DNA of 32,268 nt from an uncultured bacterium (lineage in GTDB: Bacteria > Planctomycetota > Phycisphaerae > UBA1845): the NCBI GenBank assembly GCA_965371825.1, contig CBDUZY010000001.1:1-32268 (forward strand), written 5' to 3'. The notes below the pieces were generated by a model. It saw nothing but the letters and a program-made list of their open reading frames with translations. It had not been told where the DNA came from and made no database searches. Shown here piece after piece: positions 1-8,396 of the stretch; position 1 is the stretch's first letter; the number at the start of each line of letters is the position of its first letter. Position numbers and translations under genes: made by a program.

Positions 1-336
1 CTTGCGTCCGCTCTCGCCCTCCTGCTGGAGCTTCTCGAGCGCCGGAACCACCGTGACCAGAATCTGGAAGATGATCGACGCCGATATATAGGGCATTATG
101 CCCAGCCCGAAGATCGTGCTCTGTGAGAGGTTGCCACCGGTGAACAACTCGAACGTGCTCACCAGGTCACCGAGTCCGCCCCCGCCCGCAGGAGTGCGGG
201 CACCCATCGCCACCTGATCCACACCCGGCACGGGCACGACGAAACCGATCCGATACGCCGCCAACATGCCGAATGTAAACAGAATCTTGTTCCGCAGCTC
301 GGGAATCTTGAAGATATTCAATAGCGTCGAAAACAT
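1..336 (-). CDS. secY: Preprotein translocase subunit SecY, N-terminal part (runs off the window edge)
   Basis: The minus frame is open from ATG 336..334 to position 1. It is absent from the ORF track because there is no stop in the window. My translation is MFSTLLNIFKIPELRNKILFTFGMLAAYRIGFVVPVPGVD...GLGIMPYISASIIFQILVTVVPALEKLQQEGESGRK, which matches the conserved SecY N-terminus. The position downstream of rplO is canonical. Confidence 0.9.
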   Translation of the reverse strand, partial: MFSTLLNIFKIPELRNKILFTFGMLAAYRIGFVVPVPGVDQVAMGARTPAGGGGLGDLVSTFELFTGGNLSQSTIFGLGIMPYISASIIFQILVTVVPALEKLQQEGESGRK

Positions 337-381
337 ATCAGTTCGAGACTCAGGTCCGGCCGTGATGCCACGGGCGCAACC

Positions 382-828
382 CTAAACCACTCGGGATTCG
401 CCTCCGGCAGCGGCGATTTTCTCCACCGCGGATTTACTGAACTTGGCCGCGTCCACGGTCAGTTTCTTGGTCAGCTCGCCCTGTCCCAGGACCTTCACGG
501 GCATTCGGACGTTGCGAATCAAGCCCGCCTCATGTAGCGACTGTGGCGTCACGTGACCGTTGGCCTCGTACTTCTCTTCGAGCGATGCAACGTTCACAAT
601 GCTGTACCGCGTCGTGAACCGAGCATTGTTGAACCCTCGCTTCGGAATCCGCCTGAAGGTGGGCATTTGCCCGCCCTCTGCCATCCCGCGTTGGCTCCAA
701 CCAGCTCGCTGCCCACAACCGTTGGCGCCGCGGCCCGAGGTCTTGCCCCAACCGGAGCCCTCACCGCGACCGACGCGCCTTCCACGCCGATCGGACCCGG
801 CCAACTTCGTCATCTCTGAGAGGTCCAT
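382..828 (-). CDS. rplO: 50S ribosomal protein L15
   Basis: 148-aa ORF with ATG start. It carries the GRGxGSGxGKTSGRG motif typical of L15 and sits in the spc-operon position before secY. Confidence 0.96.
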   Translation of the reverse strand: MDLSEMTKLAGSDRRGRRVGRGEGSGWGKTSGRGANGCGQRAGWSQRGMAEGGQMPTFRRIPKRGFNNARFTTRYSIVNVASLEEKYEANGHVTPQSLHEAGLIRNVRMPVKVLGQGELTKKLTVDAAKFSKSAVEKIAAAGGESRVV

Positions 829-837
829 GTCGTTTTG

Positions 838-1599
838 CTATCCCGCAAGAGATACGCCGCGTAGGCGTTCCACGTTTTCAGGGCTCAGCATTGAGGTCAG
901 TCCTTTCAGCGTCGCCTGCACCAGGTTCTTTGGACTGTTGGAACCGTAGCTCTTGGTCAGAATGTCGTGCACGCCGGCCAGTTCCAAAACAGCTCGCACG
1001 CTGGCGCCGGCGATTACGCCGGTACCCGGGCTTGCCGGCACCATCACGATGCGGCTGGCTCCGTACCGCCCGATTACCCTGTGCGGCAGAGTTCCGCCGG
1101 CGAGCTTGATCGGGACCATCGCCCGAGTCGCTATTTTCTTGCCCTTTTCCACAGCCGAAGGGACTTCCTTCGACTTGCCGTAGCCGATACCCACTCGCCC
1201 CTTACGATCTCCCACTACCACCAGGGCCCCGAAGCTGAACCGTCGTCCACCCTTTACCACTGTTGCGCAGCGGTTGATCTTGACCACGACCTCACCGATG
1301 CCGTCCTCTTCAGAATCCGCCGGCCCGTTTCGTCCGCGGGGACCGGATGGTCCGCGACGCCTCGCCCCCATCGGAGGGCGCTGCGCCGGTCTTCGTGGCG
1401 CCGGTGCGGCCGGTCGAGGTGCCGCTGGTTCCGGTGCGGCGGGCGTAGGTGCCGCGGCCTCTGGCTCCCTGGAAGGCGCGGTGGTTTCCGGCGCCGGGGA
1501 AGGGGCGGTAGTTTCCGGCGCGATTTCCTTAGGCTCACCGGCCGGCCCATCGGGCTTTACGGAATCAGGCGGCGTCGGTGTAGTCTCGGGCTCATCCAT
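838..1599 (-). CDS. rpsE: 30S ribosomal protein S5 with a long Pro/Ala-rich N-terminal extension
   Basis: The C-terminal ~155 aa (VVKINRCATVVKGGRRFSFGALVVVGD...GASVRAVLELAGV) is canonical S5. ATG 1599 lies 31 nt after the rplR stop. An alternative internal ATG at 1371 (M77) has no purine-rich SD. Confidence 0.9.
   Translation of the reverse strand: MDEPETTPTPPDSVKPDGPAGEPKEIAPETTAPSPAPETTAPSREPEAAAPTPAAPEPAAPRPAAPAPRRPAQRPPMGARRRGPSGPRGRNGPADSEEDGIGEVVVKINRCATVVKGGRRFSFGALVVVGDRKGRVGIGYGKSKEVPSAVEKGKKIATRAMVPIKLAGGTLPHRVIGRYGASRIVMVPASPGTGVIAGASVRAVLELAGVHDILTKSYGSNSPKNLVQATLKGLTSMLSPENVERLRGVSLAG
1471..1521 (-). repeat. Two 24-nt direct repeat copies (22/24 identical) with a 27-nt period inside the S5 N-terminal extension
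   Basis: ggaaggcgcggtggtttccggcgc (1471..1494) versus ggaaggggcggtagtttccggcgc (1498..1521). They encode APETTAPS twice. Confidence 0.85.
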
Positions 1600-1630
1600 A
1601 GCGTATCTGTCACCCAGCTTCCAAGGAATC

Positions 1631-1999
1631 CTATAGCTTAAGTCCTGCCTCGCGCGCCGCCTCGGCCAGCGCCTTCAGTCGTCCGTGGTAGCGGAATCCG
1701 TTGCGGTCGAAGCAAGCGCTGTCCACCTTCTGCGCCCGAGCCCGCTCTCCGAGAATCGTGCCCACGACCTTCGCCGCCGCGACATTGCCACCGTCCTTAG
1801 TCTGCTCCCGCAAGTCACGATCGCGCGTACTCGCTTGGCAGATAGTCACACCGGCGTCATCGTCAATGAGTTGGGCATAGATATTCTTCAGACTACGGAA
1901 TACCGTAAGCCGCGGCCGCTGGGCCGTTCCATTCACGCGCTTTCGGATTACGCGTTTACGTCGAGCGCGTCGCAGTATTTTCAATTCGTTGGACTTCAT
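1631..1999 (-). CDS. rplR: 50S ribosomal protein L18
   Basis: 122-aa ORF with ATG start and L18-like sequence (RPRLTVFRSLKNIYAQLIDD...FDRNGFRYHGRLKALAEAAREAGL). Correct spc-operon position. Confidence 0.96.
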   Translation of the reverse strand: MKSNELKILRRARRKRVIRKRVNGTAQRPRLTVFRSLKNIYAQLIDDDAGVTICQASTRDRDLREQTKDGGNVAAAKVVGTILGERARAQKVDSACFDRNGFRYHGRLKALAEAAREAGLKL

Positions 2000-2049
2000 T
2001 TCGATCTATCGTCGGCCCGCACCGTTTAGCGAGCCGTAGCTCTTGCGGC

Positions 2050-2646
2050 CTACGCCGTACTCGTCAGCGCCTTGCCCTGCTTTCGCTTTATGTGCTCGCC
2101 TTCGTAGCGGATGCCCTTGCCTTTGTACGGCTCCGTCTTGCGCAGCGAGTGAATCTCCGCAGCGAACTGACCAACAAGCTGCTTGTCGAACCCCCGGACA
2201 ACCAGTTGCGCGGGATCGGTCTCCCCGCGGGCGGCCTCTCTTTCGACCACGATTTCCAGGCCGTCGGGAACAGTCAGCTCGAACTGCGACCCCAAACCAC
2301 GACGCCGTCCCGTAAACCCGACGTTCAGATGGAGGGTGCGTCCTGCCAGCTTGCAGTTATATCCGGTTCCGTAAATCTGGAGCCGTCTCTCGAACCCCTC
2401 AAAGACACCTTTCACCATGTTGGCGATCAGCGCCCGAGTCAGCCCATGGTTGGCTCGGGCTTGCTTGCTGTCGTCCAACCGGGTCACGTTCACGCACTTA
2501 GCGGTCTCATCCAGGGTCACACCGGCGTTAGAGGGATAGCGCCACGAATTCGAGCCCTTGGGCCCCGACACCGAAACCTCGCCGCCGGCCACCTGGACCG
2601 TAACTCCGGCGGGAATTGGCACTGGTTGTTTTCCGATTCGCGACAT
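2050..2646 (-). CDS. rplF: 50S ribosomal protein L6
   Basis: 198-aa ORF beginning MSRIGKQPVPIPAGVTV, with PEPYKGKGIRY near the C-terminus. Canonical L6. Confidence 0.96.
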   Translation of the reverse strand: MSRIGKQPVPIPAGVTVQVAGGEVSVSGPKGSNSWRYPSNAGVTLDETAKCVNVTRLDDSKQARANHGLTRALIANMVKGVFEGFERRLQIYGTGYNCKLAGRTLHLNVGFTGRRRGLGSQFELTVPDGLEIVVEREAARGETDPAQLVVRGFDKQLVGQFAAEIHSLRKTEPYKGKGIRYEGEHIKRKQGKALTSTA

Positions 2647-2703
2647 TCAACCTTCCTAACCAGACACCCGTTCGATCCGACGGGCTCCCTTCGCCCCACC
2701 TTC

Positions 2704-3099
2704 TCAATACACGGTGCAGAGAAGCTCGCCGCCGATCTTGCGCTCTCGGCACACCCGGTCGCTCAGAACCCCCTGCGGCGTGGAGACAATCGCCACACCC
2801 AGCCCATCGAGCACGCGCGGCAGATCGGCGACCCCACGATAGACCCTGCAACCGCCTCGTGAGACGCGCTTCAGATTGTGCAACACCGTCTCACCGCGCG
2901 GTCCGTACTTCAAATCGATTCGGAGGATCCCCTGCTTGGTATCCTCGATCAAATCGTATCCCTCTATGTACCCCTCCTCCTTGAGAACCCGGGCAATCCC
3001 CGCTTTCATCTTCGAGGCCGGGATACTCACCTGCTTGCGCCGCACGTGCAAGGCGTTCCGGACACGGGTCAACATATCCGCAATTGGATCAGACCACAT
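2704..3099 (-). CDS. rpsH: 30S ribosomal protein S8
   Basis: 131-aa ORF with the DPIADMLTRVRNA motif and conserved position. Confidence 0.96.
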   Translation of the reverse strand: MWSDPIADMLTRVRNALHVRRKQVSIPASKMKAGIARVLKEEGYIEGYDLIEDTKQGILRIDLKYGPRGETVLHNLKRVSRGGCRVYRGVADLPRVLDGLGVAIVSTPQGVLSDRVCRERKIGGELLCTVY

Positions 3100-3140
3100 C
3101 GCAACGATCTTCCCTGTAGTTCATGTCGGTAACAGCCTGT

Positions 3141-3326
3141 CTACCAGCTTGCCTTGCGCACGCCCGGAATAAGTCCCTCGAGGGCGAGTTCCCTGAAACA
3201 AATCCTACACACCTGAAACTTGCGATAGACCGCCCGCGACCGCCCGCACAACTGGCAACGGCGCACCTTCCGGCATGCGAACTTCGGCGGGGCCTTCGCT
3301 TTGTTGATCCAAGCCTTCGTGGCCAT
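3141..3326 (-). CDS. rpsN: 30S ribosomal protein S14, short zinc-ribbon (type Z) form, 61 aa
   Basis: The track ORF (109 aa) was trimmed to internal ATG 3326..3324. This gives [61 protein letters not shown] with CxxC...CxxC. The ATG overlaps the rplE TAA stop (TAATG). Confidence 0.93.
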   Translation of the reverse strand: MATKAWINKAKAPPKFACRKVRRCQLCGRSRAVYRKFQVCRICFRELALEGLIPGVRKASW

Positions 3327-3883
3327 TAGTTGTCTTCGTCCTCGCCTTCTCGCAACGGCATGCCCAGCCGGGTCAAGAGCGCCCGAGCGTGCGTATCGTT
3401 CTCGGCACTTGTCACAAACGTAATGTGCATCCCCTGGCTGTAAACCATCTTGCCCAGATCGATCTCGCAAAAGACCGACTGGTCGGGCACGCCCATCGAG
3501 TAGTTCCCTCGGCCGTCAAAACTCCGCGGATTCAGACCCCGAAAGTCACGAAGTCGTGGAATCGCGGCGTTAAACAAGCGGTCCACGAACTCGTACATTC
3601 GCTTGCCACGCAGCGTCACCCGGCAGCCGATGTCCATCCCTTTGCGGGTCTTGAAGTTCGAGACCGCGCGAGCCGCCCGCCGAATCTGCGGCTTTTGGCC
3701 CGTGATCCTGCCCAGGTCCTCCACGGCGGCCGGCAGACGTTTCTTGTCCACCGTCGGCGAACCGGTCCCCATCACGACCACGACCTTTTCGAGCGCCGGG
3801 ACCGCCATGGGGTTCTTGAGCCCAAGCGCGGACTGCAACTCCGGCTTGATTTCGTCTCTATAGCGTTCCAACAACCGGGCCAT
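3326..3883 (-). CDS. rplE: 50S ribosomal protein L5
   Basis: 185-aa ORF with ATG start, L5-like sequence ([16 protein letters not shown]...) and conserved position. Confidence 0.96.
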   Translation of the reverse strand: MARLLERYRDEIKPELQSALGLKNPMAVPALEKVVVVMGTGSPTVDKKRLPAAVEDLGRITGQKPQIRRAARAVSNFKTRKGMDIGCRVTLRGKRMYEFVDRLFNAAIPRLRDFRGLNPRSFDGRGNYSMGVPDQSVFCEIDLGKMVYSQGMHITFVTSAENDTHARALLTRLGMPLREGEDEDN

Positions 3884-3919
3884 GAGTAACCGTCCCGCTC
3901 CACCGCTAGACCGGCGGAT

Positions 3920-4282
3920 CTACTTTTCCGTCAGGCGTTCCGCCCTCGTCAACGTGTGCACGGTCGTTCCGGCCGTGCTTACACGTCGCTTGCTCGTGAT
4001 AGCTCCGTGCGCATCCCGATCCACCTCGAAGTGGATCCGCAGACTCTTGCCCGCGCTCGAATCGTACGGCAACACATTCGAAATATGGATCGCGGCTTCC
4101 TTTTGCACACGTCCGCCCTGTGGGTTCCTTCGCGTCGGACGAACGTGGCGATACACCATGTTCACACCCTCGACGACGACCTGGCCACGCTTCCGATCCA
4201 CGCGGAGGATCTTACCCTTGGCTCCGCGATGGTCGCCGGTGATCACCTCAACCATGTCGTTTTTTCGAATGTGCAACGCCAT
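3920..4282 (-). CDS. rplX: 50S ribosomal protein L24
   Basis: The track ORF was trimmed to ATG 4282 (MALHIRKNDMVEVITGDHRGAKGKILRV, a KOW motif). The longer start would overlap rplN. Confidence 0.93.
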   Translation of the reverse strand: MALHIRKNDMVEVITGDHRGAKGKILRVDRKRGQVVVEGVNMVYRHVRPTRRNPQGGRVQKEAAIHISNVLPYDSSAGKSLRIHFEVDRDAHGAITSKRRVSTAGTTVHTLTRAERLTEK

Positions 4283-4331
4283 GTTACTATCCGCCGTGCA
4301 TCCGCCCTTTGCCGGGGAGTCCAAAGTCGCC

Positions 4332-4748
4332 TCAGACGACCTCCTCCGCCAAGGATACAATCTTCATAAAATTCTTCTCGCGAAGCTCGCGGGCGACCGC
4401 CCCGAAGATTCGCGTTCCTCGCGGTTCGTTTTTCTCGTCGAGCAATACGACCGCGTTGCTGTCGAAGCGAACGTAGCTGCCGTCGGGACGGCGCATCGGG
4501 GCACGGGTCCTGACCACCACGGCCTTTGCTTTTCGTCTCTTGGACCGGTCCTTGCGATCGGTGCCGCCGGTGAACTCGCTGTTGGGCAAGGCCTTCTTGA
4601 CAGCCACGATGACGATGTCACCGATCCCGGCGACCTTCAGGCGGCGCTTGCCGCTCCGGGAGGTGCTGCCCTTGTAGACGTTGAACACCATCGCGGCCTT
4701 CGCCCCGGTGTTGTCACACACGTCCACCATCGTCTGCATCTGGATCAT
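4332..4748 (-). CDS. rplN: 50S ribosomal protein L14 (138 aa, slightly expanded)
   Basis: MIQMQTM..DNTGAK...[18 protein letters not shown]...[25 protein letters not shown] is canonical L14 with extra basic residues in an internal loop. Confidence 0.96.
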   Translation of the reverse strand: MIQMQTMVDVCDNTGAKAAMVFNVYKGSTSRSGKRRLKVAGIGDIVIVAVKKALPNSEFTGGTDRKDRSKRRKAKAVVVRTRAPMRRPDGSYVRFDSNAVVLLDEKNEPRGTRIFGAVARELREKNFMKIVSLAEEVV

Positions 4749-4810
4749 GTCGCTGTCCCGGTTGGCCAGGCGACCGCCGCAGTCAGCCCGTCCCTACTCG
4801 CTCCCATCCA

Positions 4811-4855
4811 GTTGTCACTCACTTAGTTGCCACTAACTTAGTTGCCACTCACTCG
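4811..4855 (-). repeat. Three imperfect tandem copies of a 15-nt unit spanning the rpsQ stop codon
   Basis: Plus strand: gttgtcactcactta / gttgccactaactta / gttgccactcactcg. On the coding strand this reads ...GTG AGT GGC AAC TAA | GTT AGT GGC AAC TAA | GTG AGT GAC AAC. Confidence 0.9.
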
Positions 4856-5131
4856 GCGCAAGATGCGGCTCAATCGCCAGCACTTCGTCTTCGAAAGTCG
4901 TCGACAGGCAACCACCTCGACAACGTCACCCACTCGAGCTTCGTTCTTCTCGTCGTGGGTGTGTAAAGTGGTCGACCGCCGATAGTACTTGCCATACTTC
5001 GGGTGCCGCACCAAGAAGTCGAACCGGACACGGATCGTCTTCTCGCCTTTGTCCGACACGACTTTTCCCGTGCGGCAATCGCGCTTGCCTCGCTTCGCCT
5101 TCGTCACGGTTGTCTGAGGCACACTCGTCAT
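4838..5131 (-). CDS. rpsQ: 30S ribosomal protein S17
   Basis: 97-aa ORF with ATG start and S17-like core (GKVVSDKGEKTIRVRFDFLVRHPKYGKYYRRSTTLHTHDE). Position between rpmC and rplN. Confidence 0.95.
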   Translation of the reverse strand: MTSVPQTTVTKAKRGKRDCRTGKVVSDKGEKTIRVRFDFLVRHPKYGKYYRRSTTLHTHDEKNEARVGDVVEVVACRRLSKTKCWRLSRILRRVSGN

Positions 5132-5188
5132 GATCGCACGATAACCTCGTCAACACACCCGTTGCCGCCGGTCCGCCGGCGGTAAACC

Positions 5189-5437
5189 TCAACCGCCCTT
5201 GCGGTGGGTAGCGGATGACTCCAGGTGGTACTGTTGTTCCTCAATTCCCGTCTCGCCTCTCTCACGAAGGGTCGTCAGGACCCTCGCAATGTCGTGGCGA
5301 ACGGCCTTCAACTGGTGCGGGTTTTCGAGCTTCTCCGTCACAGCCTGGGCACGCAGGTCAAAAAGGTGTCGCCGGATACGATCCAACTCCGCGTGCAACT
5401 CCGGAGTCTTCATTTCCCGAATCTCGACAATCTTCAT
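5189..5437 (-). CDS. rpmC: 50S ribosomal protein L29
   Basis: Trimmed to ATG 5437 (MKIVEIREMKTPELHAELDRIRRHLFDLRAQ). The longer ORF would overlap rplP. GAGG lies upstream. Confidence 0.92.
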   Translation of the reverse strand: MKIVEIREMKTPELHAELDRIRRHLFDLRAQAVTEKLENPHQLKAVRHDIARVLTTLRERGETGIEEQQYHLESSATHRKGG

Positions 5438-5463
5438 CCCGCAGACCTCACTCGCCCCGCCGG

Positions 5464-5883
5464 CTACAGACCGTGGCGCCGCCTTACGAATCGACACCTA
5501 TAGGGAAGCTTATGTGCCACACGCACCAGCGCCTCTCTGGCGACGTCTTCCTCGACTCCGCCGATCTCGAAGAGCATCCCCCCCTCACGTACCGTGGCGA
5601 CCCAAAACGCCGGATCGCCCTTGCCCTTGCCCATTCGCGTTTCGAGCGGCTTGGACGACACGGGCTTGTGAGGAAACAGCCGCACGTACACCTGACCTTC
5701 ACGGTGAAGGTAGTGCGTGGCGGCCACACGACCCGCCTCGATCTGTCGAGCGGTCACCCAACCCGACTCCAAGCACTGCAACCCAAACTCGCCGAAGGCC
5801 ACGGTGTTGCCCCTGCCGGCGGTGCCGCGCACCTTACCCCGCTGGCTTTTACGCCACTTGACTCGCTTGGGCATCAAGGCCAT
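5464..5883 (-). CDS. rplP: 50S ribosomal protein L16
   Basis: MALMPKRVKWRKSQRG... is canonical L16. ATG 5883 is preceded by GGAG plus an 8-nt spacer. The track start at 5886 is a TTG one codon upstream. Confidence 0.95.
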   Translation of the reverse strand: MALMPKRVKWRKSQRGKVRGTAGRGNTVAFGEFGLQCLESGWVTARQIEAGRVAATHYLHREGQVYVRLFPHKPVSSKPLETRMGKGKGDPAFWVATVREGGMLFEIGGVEEDVAREALVRVAHKLPYRCRFVRRRHGL

Positions 5884-5939
5884 CAAAAAAACTCCGCAAA
5901 CTCCGTAACGACTGTCAGCCGCGACCCGCGACCGGTCGT

Positions 5940-6647
5940 CTAACCCCTCTTCCCTCGTCGACCCTCACGTCCACGCCCGCGGTAAGAGGTATCCTCGAGC
6001 ACCACCTCTTCGCCGTACCGACCGTGATACAGCCAGACCTTCACGCCGATCGTGCCGTACTTCGTCCGGCAAACCGCTTTGCCATAATCGACGTGGGCTT
6101 GCAGTGTGTGCAGCGGAATCGACCCGCGTAACTGGGTCTCCCGACGAGCCATCTCCGCCCCGCCGAGGCGCCCCGCGCACATGATCTTCACGCCCTTGGC
6201 TCCGGTGGCCATTACGGATTCGATCCGCATTTTCATCACCCGCCGGAAACCCGCTCGCTTCTTGAGCTGTTCCGAAACAGCTTCGGCCACCAGCTTCGCG
6301 TTACCGTCGGGAACCTTGATCTCCACGATATTCAGGTTGATGTTGCGATCCACCAGGTTCTCGAGCGCTTCCTTCAGCTTGTCGACCTCTGCACCCTTAG
6401 GACCAATCACCAGTCCCGGGCGGGCGGTGTGCAACAACACCTTGACTTCGTTTCGAGTCCTCTCGATCTCCACCTTCGCGACGGCTGCGTAGGGCGGCTG
6501 CTTGTTGAGCCTGTCATCTATGTACCGGCGGATTCGCTGGTCCTCGATCAGGAACTCGGCGAACGCCGCCTTGGGCGCAAACCACCGCGACCGCCACTCC
6601 TCGGTGATACCGATACGAAACCCGATCGGGTTGACTTTCTGGCCCAC
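5940..6647 (-). CDS. rpsC: 30S ribosomal protein S3
   Basis: GTG start giving MGQKVNPIGFRIG, with KH and S3-C domains. GGAG lies 7 nt upstream. Confidence 0.96.
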   Translation of the reverse strand: MGQKVNPIGFRIGITEEWRSRWFAPKAAFAEFLIEDQRIRRYIDDRLNKQPPYAAVAKVEIERTRNEVKVLLHTARPGLVIGPKGAEVDKLKEALENLVDRNINLNIVEIKVPDGNAKLVAEAVSEQLKKRAGFRRVMKMRIESVMATGAKGVKIMCAGRLGGAEMARRETQLRGSIPLHTLQAHVDYGKAVCRTKYGTIGVKVWLYHGRYGEEVVLEDTSYRGRGREGRRGKRG

Positions 6648-6699
6648 TTACGACTCCAGCTAAAACCCGCGACTTCTATTCGAACCCGCTCGGCTTACC

Positions 6700-7053
6700 T
6701 CATCCCTCTGCAACAGTTACGACTATGTGACTGGTTCTCTTCGCGATCGGATGGGCCCGCCCGCGATCCTTGGGGCGCCAGCGGCGGTAGTACGGACCGC
6801 CGTCAATCCGAGCGACCTTGACGAACAGCCTCCCCATATCGGCCTCTTGCTCGTCCGCGCTGACCATGGCCGACTTCAACACATCCTGAATCAGCCGGGC
6901 GCTCCGCCGGGTGTTGAAGCGGAGCTGCTCCACGGCCTCGTCACAACGACGACCGCGGATCACGTCGATCAGCAGCCTCGCCTTTCGAGGGGCGATGCGG
7001 GCGAAGCGATGCTTCGCCGTCCATTCCTTAACCGTGTTCTCAGCCGCCGACAC
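6700..7053 (-). CDS. rplV: 50S ribosomal protein L22
   Basis: 117-aa ORF with GTG start and L22-like sequence (AKHRFARIAPRKARLLIDVIRGR). Conserved position. Confidence 0.95.
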   Translation of the reverse strand: MSAAENTVKEWTAKHRFARIAPRKARLLIDVIRGRRCDEAVEQLRFNTRRSARLIQDVLKSAMVSADEQEADMGRLFVKVARIDGGPYYRRWRPKDRGRAHPIAKRTSHIVVTVAEG

Positions 7054-7091
7054 CGTCTATATCACTCCAAGCAAACCGCTGTCCGACACAC

Positions 7092-7364
7092 CTACCGCGA
7101 TTTCCTCCCACTGCCGTGCCCACGGAAGGTACGCGTCGGGCTGAACTCACCAAGCTTGTGCCCGACCATATCCTCGCTCACGTAGACCGAGTGGAAAACC
7201 TTACCGTTGTGGACCTCGAAGCGCTGTCCGATGAACTCCGGAACGATCGTGCAGCGCCGCGACCACGTACGAAGGACCATGCTCTGACCGCTTTCCTTCA
7301 GGAGCATCACCTTCCGGAATAGCTTCTCGTCGACGAAGGGACCTTTCTTCTGTGAGCGCGACAT
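7092..7364 (-). CDS. rpsS: 30S ribosomal protein S19
   Basis: 90-aa ORF reading [15 protein letters not shown]...[32 protein letters not shown]. Confidence 0.96.
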   Translation of the reverse strand: MSRSQKKGPFVDEKLFRKVMLLKESGQSMVLRTWSRRCTIVPEFIGQRFEVHNGKVFHSVYVSEDMVGHKLGEFSPTRTFRGHGSGRKSR

Positions 7365-7375
7365 CGTAGCCCTCG

Positions 7376-7396
7376 CGGTGACGCAACCGGCGTCAC
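7376..7396 (-). other. Perfect 8-bp stem / 5-nt loop RNA hairpin just upstream of the rpsS SD
   Basis: Transcript strand: GGTGACGC-CGGTT-GCGTCACC, followed by GCGAGGGCTACG ATG. It lies in an unusually long (101 nt) rplB-rpsS spacer. Confidence 0.5.
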
Positions 7397-7465
7397 CGCC
7401 GGGTCACCGTAGCGTTCCAGTCTTTTCCAGCGGGACGTCCAGCCCCGCCCATTCGAAACAGTCCC

Positions 7466-8332
7466 TTACCGCTTGGGCACCGGTAGCTGCCCGTAGCGTC
7501 TGCTCTTGCGACGACGGAGTATCCGGGAGTTCGACACCTTGTTCGGCGCCCGGGTCCTGCCGCCCTTCGCGAGTTTTCCCGTCGGGCTGCAGGGGTGGCG
7601 TCCGCCACCGCTCCGCCCTTCACCACCACCCAGCGGGTGTGAGACGGGGTTCTTCGCCGTACCGCGAACGTGCGGCCGACGCCCGCGGTGGCGCGTTCGT
7701 CCGGCCTTTCCCCATCGAATATTCTGATGCTCGACGTTGCCTACTTGGCCTATCGTCGCACGACATTCCGAGCGTACCTCGCGCATCTCGCCCGAGGGAA
7801 GAATCAGTATCGCCCACTCGTCTCCGCGGGACAAAAGCCTTGCCGATGCCCCGGCGCTTCGGACCAGCTTACCTCCCTGTCCGACGTTCATTTCGACGTT
7901 ATGAACGTCCAGCCCGGGCGGCATGTTCTTGAGGGGCATGGCGTTACCGACTTTCGGCTCGACGGTCTGCCCGCTCTCGACGGTATCGCCGGCCGTCAAC
8001 CCCGCCGGTGCGAGGATGTAACGCTTCTCTCCGTCCTCGTACTCGACTAGGGCGATGTGACAGGTTCGATTGGGGTCGTACTCGACCGCCTTGACCGCCC
8101 CCACCACTCCGTCTTTGTTACGCTGGAAGTCGATGTGGCGGTAAATCCGCCGCGCTCCGCCACCACGGTGGCGTGCCGTAATGCGCCCATGATGATTTCG
8201 TCCGCCGTGCTTGCGCAGTCTCTCACACAACGCCTTCTCGGGACGCTTGTTCTTGTCGGTCAACTCGGCGAAGTCGTTCACAGTGGAACGTCGCCGGCCG
8301 GGCGAGGTTGGCTTGTACTTCCTGATACCCAT
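7466..8332 (-). CDS. rplB: 50S ribosomal protein L2
   Basis: 288-aa ORF with ATG start. Sequence runs MGIRKYKPTSPGRR...GGGEGRSGGGRHPCSPTGK. Confidence 0.97.
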   Translation of the reverse strand: MGIRKYKPTSPGRRRSTVNDFAELTDKNKRPEKALCERLRKHGGRNHHGRITARHRGGGARRIYRHIDFQRNKDGVVGAVKAVEYDPNRTCHIALVEYEDGEKRYILAPAGLTAGDTVESGQTVEPKVGNAMPLKNMPPGLDVHNVEMNVGQGGKLVRSAGASARLLSRGDEWAILILPSGEMREVRSECRATIGQVGNVEHQNIRWGKAGRTRHRGRRPHVRGTAKNPVSHPLGGGEGRSGGGRHPCSPTGKLAKGGRTRAPNKVSNSRILRRRKSRRYGQLPVPKR

Positions 8333-8396
8333 CTTATTGCTGACTCGTCGCGGACAACCCGACCGCGAAACCCCTCGCCGTCACTCCCTTGAGTCT

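Noticed and set aside
829-837. Looked for rpmD (L30) between rpsE and rplO.
   Set aside because: Only 9 nt separate the two genes, so no L30 gene exists at its usual site. This is reported as an absence, not a feature.
3327-3470. N-terminally extended versions of track ORFs: rpsN 109 aa, rplX 146 aa, rpmC 102 aa, rplC 235 aa, fusA 716 aa, rpoB 1285 aa, GNAT 186 aa, nusG 203 aa.
   Set aside because: The extensions overlap the preceding gene or lack similarity to the family N-terminus. Internal ATG starts reproduce canonical N-termini and usually have a purine-rich SD, so the shorter models were used.
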